64,000 nt of DNA from Eledone cirrhosa (lineage: Eukaryota): positions 284,456,001-284,520,000 of the forward strand of contig OZ024740.1 of assembly GCA_964016885.1 (NCBI GenBank), read 5' to 3'. The notes beneath the pieces are model-generated. The model worked only from the letters and a program-made list of their open reading frames with translations. It had not been told where the DNA came from and searched no databases. The translations under genes were made by a program, and so were the position numbers. Shown in pieces: positions 52,249 to 63,903 of this stretch. Position 1 is the stretch's first letter. Each line of letters starts with the position of its first letter.

Positions 52249-53177
52249 TATATATATATATATATCCCATGTGCCACGTCCATATCGAACTTGCTTGCTT
52301 GTTTCCCCCCAAACCCTCACCCCTGATACACATCTGCTCAACCCACATATACAAGCATTGAAAGCTGGACATGCTCTACATCTGATCTTCCATAATGCTG
52401 TTGCCACAATAAAAAGCAATAAGCCCACCCTGTATGGTGATCTGGTGCCACAACAAAAGTGCCCAGTTTATCCTGTAAGGTGGTCATCTTGGTAATAAAA
52501 GAAAAAGCACCCAGCATAAAAAGCATAAAAAGCATAAAAAGCATCCAATCCACCCTGTTTGATTGTAACATGGTCACATTAGGAAGGGCATCCAGTCATA
52601 GAAACCAAGCCAAAAGAAAAAGCACCCAGCATAAAAAGCATCCAATCCACCCAGTCCTCACTGTAACATGGTCACATTAGGAAGGGCATCCAGTCATAGA
52701 AACCAAGCCAAAATAGAGATCTGTATAAGCAAAGACGAGGGTCACCTGAACTGACTTGCGAGTGTGGAAAAATAGACCTTAAATTATGGTGATGATGAGG
52801 ATGTGAATATCATCAAAATCAGCGTTTAATATCTGTTTTCCCTGCTACAAGTGAGATGCAGACACCTGGCTTGTCAGGGAGATCTGTAACAACACTTCAG
52901 TACTGATTCAGTTTGTGAAGACCTATCCATTCTTTGCCAGCAGAGAAAGGAGATGTTAATTCTGATGATGATGACATACATACATATATATATATAGTAT
53001 AAGTGAACAAAAAAGAAAAACGAACACAGACATATATATATATGTGTTCAAATCGTAATGGACCAGAATTGGTAAGGTGAAAAAAATACTAACTACAGAC
53101 ACTAGGGTTTGCTAGACTCAATTTAAGAATAAATCAAGAAAAATAAATACAAACCAGAATTGTGGTAACTACCGATC

Positions 53178-53254
53178 CCCCGGACAGTTTTGATAGTACT
53201 GTTTCGCAATATTATTTGTGAAGAGGAATACCAAAGTCCTAACTCATCAACGGG
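53178..53254 (-). ncRNA. Degenerate type I hammerhead motif in a (TA)-flanked element
   Basis: Minus strand reads CCCG-TTGATGA-G...C-GAAA-CAG(loop)CTG-TC-CGGG; core C3 changed to U. Confidence 0.55.
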
Positions 53255-53451
53255 TGAAGAAATTAGTATCCTGATCACTTCTAAATATAATTAAAAACTG
53301 GATAGTGTGTGTATATGTAACGCACATGGTTCCCGAACTTAGCTTGTCTCGCAGACTCACGCCACTAAAAATAGCAGCTTGGTTTACTCGACATTTGAAT
53401 TAGCTCGACAAATTAACGGAGCCATATATATAAATGAAGTATTTCCGTAGG

Positions 53452-55172
53452 CTAGTCCGATGGCGGGACCATTTCTCTGAGCTGCTCAACCACCCGCCAC
53501 CATCCACGCCAACCTACGTGCAGCCTTCCGGAGAAGAATACGAGTGCAGCACTGCCCCTCCAACGGTCAAGGAGGTACGTGGTGTCCTGATACATCTCCG
53601 GAACAACAAGGCGCCGGGCGAGGAGGGCGTTCCAGCTGAGGTCTACAAGGCTGAGTCTGATGTCTTCGCAGTTTGGCTCCATCGAGTCTTCTCCTCGGTG
53701 TGGGCGACGGAGCGGTTCCCTGGTGACTGGAACGAGGCAACTCTCCTACCCTTCTTCAAAAAGGGCGACAGGAAACTGTGTTCCAACTACAGGGGTATCA
53801 GTTTAATTGACGTTGCTGCCAAAACCTTTGCAATTCTTCTGCTGAAGAGGTTCCAGGCCATCCGTGATGTCCGTACCCGTCCTTCTCAGGGCGGCTTCCG
53901 CCCAGGGAGGGGGTGCGTTGATCAAATCTTCATTCTCTGGCATGTCCTGGAACAACGGTGGGCACATCAACAGCCTACCGTCCTCTGCTTCATCGACTTT
54001 GCAGCTGCCTTCGACTCGGTAGATCGGGAAGCCCTATGGCGTATAATGCAGGCGGACGGCATCCCAGTGAAGCTGCTTCGTCTCATACAAGGCTACTACA
54101 GGTCGACTCGGGCTCGAGTGAGGGTCTATGGTGGGGAGACGGAGTCGTTCGATGTTGGGACCGGTGTTCAGCAGGGGTGTGCGCAATCGCCAACTCTCTT
54201 TAACTACGCCATTGACTACACTCTCAACACAGCGCTCTGGGATTACCCAGGCGTGGAGGTCGGGAGAGGGGTCGTGGTGACGGACCTGGCCTACGCGGAT
54301 GACATTGTGCTGATGGGTGCTAACAGGACAGATGTACAGGGTGCTCTCGAAAGGGTGCACACTGCAGCCGCCGCTGTTGGTCTACGAATCAATGCCGCCA
54401 AGTCGAAAGTCATGACGTCACTGGTCTCGCCTGATGCCTGGCAGCCAATATCTCTCGAGGGCGTGGACCTGGAGGATGTGGAGTCCTTCGTTTACCTGGG
54501 CTCAACAGTGGTTCCAATGGGACAGGGCGCAGCCGAGGTCAAGCGTCGCATAGGTGCTGCCAGATCCACTTTGGGGCGCCTCCAGTGGTGTCTGTGGGAC
54601 AGAAGAGAGATCACCTCGACGACCAAAGGGTGAATCTACCAGGCCGTCGTTCGAACTATCCTCCTCTATGGCTGTGAAACATGGCCTATGAGGGTAGTCG
54701 ATGAATGAGGGCTGGAGGTCTTCGACAATGACTGTCTCTGCCGCATTCTTTGCTGCCGACGCGTTGATCGGGTACCTACCACCAGTCTTCGTCTCCGCCT
54801 GAATCTTCGACTCCTTCCTTCAGTGCTTCTGCAACAGCGCTTGAGATGGTTTGGTCACGTAGCCCGGTGCCCTGAGGGTGAACTGATCCGCGATGTTCTC
54901 CTCCCACCTCCACTCCCTAACTGGCGCAAGCGCGTTGGCGGGCAGCTGAAGACCTGGGCAACGACGATCAAGGAGGACCTCTCCGAACTCTCAGGTCCAC
55001 AGGTGGTCGGCCTGCGCCGATGGAACCGTGACTGGCTCGCTATCTCCAGTGACCTAGCCCGGGACCGTCGTGCATGGGCTGCCGTGGTTCAGGATGCCGT
55101 CAGGACAAGGGAAGAAGCCGGCTCAACCCGTCCAGGGTGAATGTCGACACAAGTACAAGTACAAGTAATTAA
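53452..55172 (+). mobile_element. GC-rich, 5'-truncated RTE-clade LINE (complete RT domain; premature stops at 54631 and about 54706)
   Basis: KAPGEEG, NYRGISL, QGGFRPGRGCVDQIF, FIDFAAAFDSV, GVQQGC, LAYADD, FVYLGS, RLRWFGHV; tail (ACAAGT)3; TSD GTAGG at 53447-53451 and 55173-55177. Confidence 0.93.
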
Positions 55173-55804
55173 GTAGGAAAGGTAAAGGAAAAGAGAGTGC
55201 TCTATGTAGGCTACAGAGCTTTTTAGTTATGTAATAAACAACATAAGATAATTAATTCATTTACCAAAGGTTTCTTGAAGACAGACGAGCTTATGTCTGC
55301 CTTCAGTCATCAGAACAAATTTATTATGGAATAGAGGTATGGATTTGAAAACAGAGTTTAGGATAAATGAAAGTGAGGCTGAAATAAAATAACGGACATA
55401 AATTGAGGAGGAAGAAAAAATATGTAAATATATAAATACACAAACTCACGCATATGCGTAAATATATGTAAACATAAACATACACATGTAAGTAAGTGCA
55501 CACACACACGTGTGTGTATGTGCATTTGTGAGCGAACGAACGCATGTATATGTGAGTATTTGTATTTCCATGTATGCGCGAGTTTGTGTATTTATATATT
55601 TACATGTTTTTTTCTTCCTCCTCAATTTATGTCCGTTATTTTATTTCAGCCTCACTTTCATTTATCCTAAACTCTGTTTTCAAATCCATACCTCTATTCC
55701 ATAATAAATTTGTTCTGATGACTGAAGGCAGACATAAGCTCGTCTGTCTTCAAGGACCCTTTGGTAAATGAATTAATTATCTTATGTTGTTTATTACATA
55801 ACTA
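55173..55804. mobile_element. Palindromic hammerhead-bearing element, family B, copy 3 (its first about 20 bp lie at 53431-53451)
   Basis: About 235-bp near-identical inverted arms (55224-55460 and 55575-55804); mirror ORFs in the track give the same peptide; the minus-strand hammerhead keeps CTGATGA and GAAA, the plus copy has GAAA mutated. Confidence 0.88.
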
Positions 55805-55823
55805 TATATATATATATATATAT

Positions 55824-55917
55824 AGCGAAGGAAGTGTGGTAAGGAACGAGATAGACCATAACGCACCAGAAATAGCCGTCAAAACAGCTTGAGCTCTGCC
55901 GTCGGGGTCTTGAACAT

Positions 55918-55921
<4 letters not shown>
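55824..55921. mobile_element. Family C element, internally deleted copy 3
   Basis: Tail start CGAAGGAAGTGTGGTAAGGAAC joined directly to the right arm GAAATAGCCGTC..GAGCTCTGCCGTCGGGGTC; (TA)n flanks. Confidence 0.7.
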
Positions 55922-55957
<36 letters not shown>

Positions 55958-55984
55958 TACATGTATTATCATCATTATCATTAC

Positions 55985-57285
55985 TATTTAACATCTATTT
56001 TTCCATGCTTGCATGAGTTAGATGGGTCGTCCATATTATAAGACGTTTGGCTAGCTGGCCGCACCAAACCTTGCTCAAATGGAACTGCATTTTGGCAGAG
56101 ATTCTTACAGTTGGATGCCTTTCCTAACACCAGCTGGGTGGTCCTGTTAAGTGACAAGTCTGACCAGATAGCTGCACCATACCTTGTACATATTTGGGAC
56201 TGTGTTGGCTGGGTTTTTATGGCTGCCTCATGCCCTTCCTAACACCAACCATGTTTACAGTGTGGAACTAGGTAGCACCATTATGAGGAGGGTCTGGCCA
56301 GTTGGTCGTGCCATACCCTACTCACATCAGGACTATAATTTGGGAGCTGGGTGGTCCCATTATGAGGGACGTCTGGTCAGTTGGCCACACCATGCCTTGC
56401 TCATCTTGGGGTCATGTTTGAGTGGGATTTTACAGCTGTTGGATGCTCTTCCTAGCACCAGCCACATTTACAGTGTGGAAATGGGTGGCATCATTGTGAA
56501 ACAAGTCTGACCAATTGGCTGCATTGTAACTTGCTCAAACAGGACTGTTTTGTGGCTGGGAATTTTACAGCTGGATGCCCTTCCTAACACCAACCATATT
56601 TACAATATGGAACTGGATAGCGCAGTTATGAAGAGGGTCTGGCCAGTTGGCTGCCCCATACCTTGCAGAACCCTAATTTGGGAGTTGGGTGGTTCCATTA
56701 TGAAGGAGGTCAAGCCAGTTGGCTGCACCATGCCATGCTCATAGTGGGCCATGTTACTGGGAGACAAGACTGGCCAGATGCATAAATCAGGGCTGTGTGT
56801 TGGCTGGGGTTTTTACAGCTTCTGGATGCCCTTCCTAACACCAACCACATTTACAGTGTGGAACTGAGTGGCACCATTATGAGGAGAGTCTGGCCAGTTC
56901 ACTGTGCTGTACCATGCTCACAGTGGAACCATAATTTGGGAGCTAGGTGGTCACATTATGAAGGTCTGGCCAGTTGGCCACATCGTGCCCTGCTCATAGC
57001 AGGGCCTGTGCTTTGGCAGGGATTTTTATGGCTGTTGGATTCCTTTCCTAAACACCAACTACATTTATAGAGTGGGCTGGGTGGTCACACTCATGAGGCA
57101 TGTTTGGCCAGCAGGCCCATATTATGGGAGCTGGGTGGGTATGTTATGGGGGAGATCAAGCCAGTTAGTCGCAATGAGACCTGTGTTGCTCATAGTACTA
57201 CTGTGTTTTGGGTTCTGATTTCATGACAGCTGGATGACCTTCCTAAGCACAGACCATGTTTACAGTGTGAGCTGGGTTGTTGGTT
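55985..57285 (-). repeat. Tandem array built from the internal segment of an RTE-tailed SINE
   Basis: GGATGCCCTTCCTAACACCAACCAC ATTTACAGTGTGG-like anchor recurs 7 times (about 56112, 56228, 56440, 56572, 56824, 57035, 57232). Confidence 0.8.
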
Positions 57286-57319
57286 TGGGTCTTTTGTCAT
57301 AAATCATGCCACCAGAGGG

Positions 57320-57670
57320 TCTCAGTCCTGTGTCATCTCTGTTGAGCAATTCAGCTGAGCCAGGTCAGCCTTTATTGTTTCATCCCACGTCTTCATAGGA
57401 CTTCCTCTTTTGAGGCACCCTACTAACTCGAGCCTCCTACACGTTTTTATATAGTTGTGATCCTTCGTGCACATCACATGTCCATACCACTACAGTCTTC
57501 TCTCCTGCACACAGCATTTTATTCCTCTTATGCCCAGTTTTGCTCTCAATTCATCTACATTTCACCATTCATGCACACTACTGTTACACATCTATCGGAG
57601 CATACAGGTTCATTTCTTTACAATCTCTATAGATCCTCAGCACACAGGGTCCATGTTTTGCTTCCATGTA
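57320..57670 (-). mobile_element. Degenerate RTE fragment
   Basis: Minus strand encodes LRAKLGIRGIKCCVQERRL*WYGHVM-like sequence and a PMKTWDE motif. Confidence 0.7.
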
Positions 57671-57734
57671 TAAAGACATGAAAAATATAAAAATATAAAT
57701 ATATATGAAATATAGAAATTTTATTTAAACTTAC

Positions 57735-57915
57735 AATCTTTCAAAAACTTCTTGTTAAAGGGACAAATTCTGAATAATGGACAGATTGAACTTATAGAAC
57801 AGACAACAATAGAGATGACAATAACAAAAAATAACATCATTCCAGCTACTATATCCAGTTTTGTCCAGAAATCAAGTTCAATAACATAGTTGTCGGGAAT
57901 TGCTTCCGATAACAT
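57735..57915 (-). CDS. Synaptotagmin-family protein, coding exon 1 (luminal N-terminus, TM helix, Cys cluster); exon begins at 57952
   Basis: ATG at 57915 with an in-frame upstream TAA; MLSEAIPDNY...IVAGMMLFFVIVISIVVCSISSICPLFRICPF; acceptor ttttacAG at 57953-57954 implies an upstream non-coding exon; donor GTAAGT in phase 1. Confidence 0.85.
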
Positions 57916-59439
57916 TTTCAAAGAGCTTGGTTTTATTATTTATGTAGTCAACCTGTAAAAATAACAAAAAAATTAAAAATTAAAATAAATTGTCAGAATA
58001 ATGAAACAAATATCATGATCATAATTTGTTTACCCATTTTCCTATTCTGGTATGGATTGAACAGTATACATACATATAGACCTCAGTACTCCCCCATTGC
58101 CACCCAATTCATTATCTAAGTACCCCCACCTTAGTCTTCCCCCACTCACTTCCTCCATCTCCATCATGCCTATCCAACTCTTCCAGCATTGGAAATTCAG
58201 CCCCCACCCCTTCACACATACACACAACTTCATCCCCACCTCCTAGCCTAGCCCAGTCCATAGCATCACACAAAGATGGACATACCCCCACTTCCACATC
58301 CAACTCAAGCAGTGCCCCTGTGTGACTGTAGTCCAGTGACTGAAACCAGTGAAAGAATAGGTAACATTACCATTTGTTTCTATCTCAAACTCATTCTTAA
58401 CAAGCTTAAAACACATATAATTAAGTGTTCTGCCTAAATAGACAAGCAAGGCGCTTGTAGTGATATTTGAACTCACCACTTAAATTATGTATGTATGGAC
58501 TCATAACTCCTTAAAGAGTAGTAAGTGTACTATAGTGATATACAGCATGTCTTGTGCAATTTAAACCTGGTGGAGCCCATCCCCTCTCCAGGTCTAAATA
58601 CAGCCAGTTTCTTCCAGAGAAGGAGAGATAGAGATAGAGAGGGAGTGAGAAACAGATATATCAGAAGAATCGATGCCAGTTCTGGACTGGTACTTTTTTT
58701 ATCAACCTTGAAAGGATGAAAGACAAAGTTGATCTGAACAGGTTTTGATCTGAGGGCCAAGAACCAAAATGTAACATGCAAAGCATTCTATCTGATGTTC
58801 AAATGATTTTGTCAATTCACCACCACCTAAAATTTATAGTAGTTCAATCAATACTTTATGTTAGTGTTAGAGTTTTAAAAAAAAAAGATATTTTTCTTTG
58901 TAAATTGTTATCAAACAGAATGTAAATCATTGTTGTAACTGTTTCATTTTGTTCATTTTATTTTTTATTGAATTGAATGTAGGACAACAGATGTCACCTC
59001 TTCCTTGTTTCTTTTCTAGAATGTACAAAGAAGAAAAATAACAATTCTTAAGTCTTGAGATTTCAGATATTGTTAAAGAAATATTGAGTCCAATTATGTT
59101 TTTAGCAGTCAAAAGTAAACAGTACTAAGATAACAAAACAGTATAACACTTGGCCATCTTTCTAAAGGGGTAACCATATCTCACCTTAGATTGATGTTGT
59201 TGGTGGTGTTGTTGTTTAGCTTCTGTCAGCCCTGATTGAGCAGACTTATGATCAAAAATATTATTTTGGTTCTTTTTTTTTTAGAGAAAATATAATCTTT
59301 AACATTTAAGATGTCTTTCTTCAAACAGAAATAACATGGATCCTTTAATACCTCAGTTGCAAAATTGTGGTTAAGAAAATGGATGGCGTAAAGAAGTGAT
59401 AAGGAGGGGTTGATGGGAAGTGAGAAGAGGGGAAAGCCA

Positions 59440-60190
59440 CTGAGGAGTGGTGTGAGTAGAATGGGAGGTGGTGGGAATAGTGTGGAAGGGGTGAGTGATG
59501 TGAGTAGTGTGGGAGGTTGTGTGAGTAGTGGGAGGTGGTGTGTGTGGTGTGGGAGGAGGTAAGTGTGGTGTGAGTAGTGTGGGAGGTGGTGTGTGTTGTG
59601 TGAGTAGTGGGAGGTGGTGTGTGTTGTGTGGGAGGAGGTAAGTGTGGTGTGAGTAGTGTGGGAGGTGGTGTGTGTTGTGTGAGTAGTGGGAGGTGGTGTG
59701 TGTTGTGTGGGAGGAGGTAAGTGTGGTGTGAGTAGTGTGGGAGGTGGTGTGTGGTGTGTGAGTAGTGGGAGGTGGTGTGTGTTGTGTGGGAGGAGGTAAG
59801 TGTGGTGTGAGTAGTGTGGGAGGTGGTGTGTGTGGGAGGTGGTGTGTGTGGGAGGTGCGGGAGGTGGTGTGTGTAGTGTGGGAGGAGGTAAGTGTGGTGT
59901 GAGTAGTGTGGGAGGTGGTGTGTGGTGTGTGTTGTGTGGGAGGAGGTAAGTGTGGTGTGAGTAGTGTGGGAGGTGGTGTGTGTGGGAGGTGCGGGAGGTG
60001 GTGTGTGTAGTGTGGGAGGTGATATGTGTAGTTTGGGAGAAGGTATGGGTAGTGTGGGAGGTGGTATGTGTGGGAGGTGGTATGTGCGGGAGGTGGTGTG
60101 TGTAGTGTAGGAGGTGGTATGTGCGGGAGGTGGTGTGTGTAGTGTGGGAGGTGGTATGTGTAGGAGGGGGTATGAGTAGTGTGGGAGAGG
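59440..60190. repeat. G/T-rich minisatellite with higher-order repeat
   Basis: Units GTGGGAGGTGGTGTGTGT and GTGGGAGGAGGTAAGTGTGGTGTGAGTAGT recurring with a period of about 60-80 bp. Confidence 0.9.
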
Positions 60191-61168
60191 AAGTAAAGTG
60201 TGAAGGAGGAATGGTCAAAGATTGTAACAAGATCCAGGCCAGTCAATATAAGAAAGAGATGGTGAGGGTGAGGCTAGATGAGGTAGGAGGTGAGTGAGAA
60301 TGTAGGACAAAGGAGGCAATGGACAAACCAACAACGTAGTTTTTACATACTTGCTTGCCCTGCTAGAAATAACAGCCAAATCTACCTCTATCAGACACAA
60401 TCGTCTTACAATAAAACACATTGAAATATGGTAGTTGAAATACTTTATGCCTGAATAAAACCATTGAATGGTCTTTGCAGTAATATCTTATATGACTGAC
60501 CTAGGGCTAAACAACTACAACAGAGCTTTAAACCTTTAGCATTTAAACCGGCCATATCTGGCCAGAATTCTCTCACCTCTTTCTGTTCAAACCAGCTGTA
60601 ACCAGCCACTCACACTGATGTTAAGGTATTGTTCTCAAAATAAATAATATCAAAATCTCATAGATTCGATATTATGTGAGATAATTATGTGAGATAAAGC
60701 CTTTACCATGAAAATTCAATAGTATATATAGAGTAATGTAAATGCTAAAGGGTTAAACAGATTTTACAAGGAGCCCACTTGAAGGCGAATTTCTAATGTC
60801 ATTGGAAAAAGCATTTAATACAGAAAATCTTATTTACACTTCTTTAAAAGTCAATAGCACAAATCACCCGTAAATCATACTACTGATTGTATTTTGTTAT
60901 AATATATTTATTCTCTATATTGTATAATTTGTAATGATTACGAGCCTGTGTTCTGCCAGGAGTTGCGACCGGTAGATAGTATCAGCAATGGAAAGACCAA
61001 TGGAAACATTGTTTACTGGGTCCAATTTGACAAGTTCCACTCCACTCAGTAAGCAATCAAAGTCGGATCTTGTTGATCGATTCCTTACAAGCCTGTGAGT
61101 CACTCAACCTGCTAGAGATAGCAACAAAATTTCCCTCAAATCACTTCTTATCATCTTAAAAACGGAAG

Positions 61169-61216
<48 letters not shown>

Positions 61217-61734
61217 TTCATTTTACATCCGCTTTTCCCTGCTTGCAAGGGTGGGACGGGAACTGATTCTGGCTTGATTTCTACAGCTGGATGCCCTCCC
61301 TAACACCAACCTCATTTACAGTGAGTGCTGGAAGCTTTTTTGCCGTGGCACCTCCACGACCACTTTGCAGTGGAATGATAGGGACCCCAGTCCCTATCAT
61401 CTCATTTCTACAGCTGAGTAAACTGGAGCAATGTGAAATAAAGTGTCTTGCTCAAGGAAGCATATATTGGATTATCTAGTCCTAGATATACTATGTATGA
61501 GAAAAAGGATAGGTTGGCCATGGCTGGTATGTCTTTGATCGAAAGGACTGCTAAACAATCAATCATGTTAATATGCCATGTGTGTTTGTATATTTATATA
61601 CATCTCCATCTGTAACTCATTACAATTTAAACACATACATACAAACATACATACATACATACATACATAAATACATACATACATACATACATACATACAT
61701 ACATACATACATACATACATACATACATACATAC

Positions 61735-63200
61735 TACACCCAATTAAGAAAGATCTGGTCATCGGAACTCTTTGCGCAAAACGAAACAGGGGCTCACAAT
61801 GTGTTTGCTGTGCCTGTCCTAACACAAACTTTTGGAATACTCAATTGGACGATAGACGAAATCTGAGTGATTGATGTTAGAACTCGAAAAATACTAAACA
61901 ACACCGGAAACTTCCACATCAACAGTGACATAGACCGCCTGTAAGCAGGGAGGCAGAGGCCTAACATCAGTCCAGACAGCATTTAAATGTTGCATCATAT
62001 CTCTCCTACAATATCTACGAACCTCAAAGCGTAGGAGCTCGTGTCTCGAACAAGTCTATCTGCATGAAACAGATAAGATCGTGAGAGTTAGGAAGGAACT
62101 CTTCGAGAGATATTCCCTGTGTGATAAACAAAAGCTCACACCCAGGGAAGTTGCTCAGCAGTATCGCAGTGAATCCATGGATGAAAAACTGCATGGATAT
62201 GTTGCCAGGAAGCTCCAGAGTGAGAGTAATATAGATAAGGAAAGTAGTCTATCGTGGACCAACAGCCGCTATATTGGCTCCCACTTTGAAGGATACGCTT
62301 TTGCAATCCAAGAACAGGAAATCAACACGAAATACCTGATTCATAAAAGAGATAGGGATGCAGGCAAAATACCTAGATGTGATACAAGTGCAGACTCTGC
62401 AGAATTAACATCGAGGATATCACCCATGTCATCAGCAGCTGTCTAAAGATGTCATCGCGGTACTATCTACCTATGAGGCATGATGTAGTGTCCAAAACAC
62501 TATACAATGCAATCTATAGAAAATATAGCCCCGATAATAAACTCATTAAAAGCTACAGCAATGTGGAAGACATACATATATATAATATGAAAGAGTACTG
62601 GTGGAATGTTCCAGTAAAAACCCCAATAAAATGCAGGCATAACAGACCAGATATTATGATATGGGACAGGGAAAAGAAGGCATGTACAGTAGTGGAAGTT
62701 AGCTGTCCAGCAGATGCCAATATAATATCAAAGATTAGCGAAAAGGAGAATATTTATGCAGAACTGATGAGAAATCTGTAGATACTCCACCCTGATTATA
62801 CCTTCAGATTTATGCCTGTGATTATTGGGGCACTGGGATATGTTAGTAACTGCCTCAATACAAATCTTGAGAAGCTAGGCTTCACGGGAACAGAAAGAAC
62901 ACAACTAGTTAGGAAATTACAAGTACAATCCATTAATGGAACAGTAAAAATATGTGAAACATTCCAAAAATGTTGCATCTAATAACTGCATATACACATG
63001 TACAGATACTAAGCATATACACATGCACACATACAACTCAAAACATCCACATCCACACATACAATAACATCCATATCTACACATGCATGCATGCAAACAT
63101 GCATATATATCTAACTAGTTGGTGTTGTGAGAGTCTTGTGTCTATGTTAGAAACCGGCTCTCTCTCTATTGGCAAAAATTTGTGAAATAATAAAATCAGA
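61735..63200 (+). mobile_element. 5'-truncated non-LTR retrotransposon with restriction-like endonuclease (R4/Dong-like)
   Basis: RKIWSSEL...AVPVLTQTFGILNW, FAIQEQEINT, CRLC...EDITHVISSC (CCHC), RHD, NRPDIMIWD...VVEVSCP...K (PD-D/ExK); stops and frameshifts; flanked by (CATA)n. Confidence 0.88.
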
Positions 63201-63524
63201 ACATACATACATAACTCAGTCATGTTGCTACAATAAGAAGTTCACTTTCCAGTCACAAGGTCCTGGCTTCTAACCCTACATTTGTCCCTGTAAATAGTTA
63301 TTTCTCCAAAGTTACTCACACACTTAATTTTATATGCTGAACATTTGTGAAATTATATCCTAAAAATAAATGATTAAAATATCATTTTTTATGTTTAATC
63401 ACTTCCACATGTCAGTAATCAATATAAACTACAGGGTTTCTTTTATGCAAACCATTAATATATCAAAACATAAATTTTCCATTTTGTGTGATTATTAACA
63501 TATCCAGTTATCCTGGTATATATG

Positions 63525-63903
63525 ACCCACACTGTAAAGGGGTTGTGATGGTGACATACAAAAAGTGCCCAGCCCATACTGTAAAGTGGTCACGACAGTG
63601 ACACAACAAAATGTGCCCAGCCCACACTGTAAATTGGCCGCGATGGTGACATAGCAAAAAGTGTCCAGCCCACACTGTACAGTGGTCATGATGGTGACAC
63701 GCCAAAAAGCACCCAGCACTCACTGTAAATGAGGTTGGTGTAAGGAAGGGCATCCAGCTATAGAAACCAAGCCCAAATCAGTTCTGTATGTGCAAGACAT
63801 GGTCACCTGACCTAGCATTGCCCACAATAGGACAACCCATCTAACCCATGCTAGCGTGGAAAAATTGACATAAAACGTTGATGATGATGATCATGACGAT
63901 GAT
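63525..63903 (+). mobile_element. RTE-tailed SINE 3' part with five internal 46-bp tandem units
   Basis: Repeated CCCAGCCCACACTGTAAAGTGGTC unit, then core AGGAAGGGCATCCAGC and tail CCCATGCTAGCGTGGAAAA. Related copies at 6630-6888, 18320-18604, 19425-19690, 28330-28595, 34730-34935, 42880-43120, 50830-51565 and 52430-52800. Confidence 0.8.

Noticed and set aside
53434-53451. ATG start of the 399-aa RT ORF as a real gene start
   Set aside because: It lies in the flanking family B element upstream of the TSD; the RTE is 5'-truncated and has internal stops.
55985-57285. Repeat-spacer pattern resembling a CRISPR array
   Set aside because: Eukaryotic context, degenerate repeats, mutually homologous spacers of variable length derived from a SINE, and no cas genes.
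57721-57921. TTG start and read-through C-terminus given by the ORF track
   Set aside because: ATG at 57915 and donor GTAAGT at 57734 give a phase-consistent spliced model.
59226-60246. His/Thr/Pro-rich ORFs of 291-334 aa
   Set aside because: Stop-free reading of a minisatellite in several frames, with no splice or domain support.
63120-63170. GAAACCGGCTC in the 3' UTR of the RLE element as a hammerhead
   Set aside because: No CTGAnGA core or convincing stems I and II.
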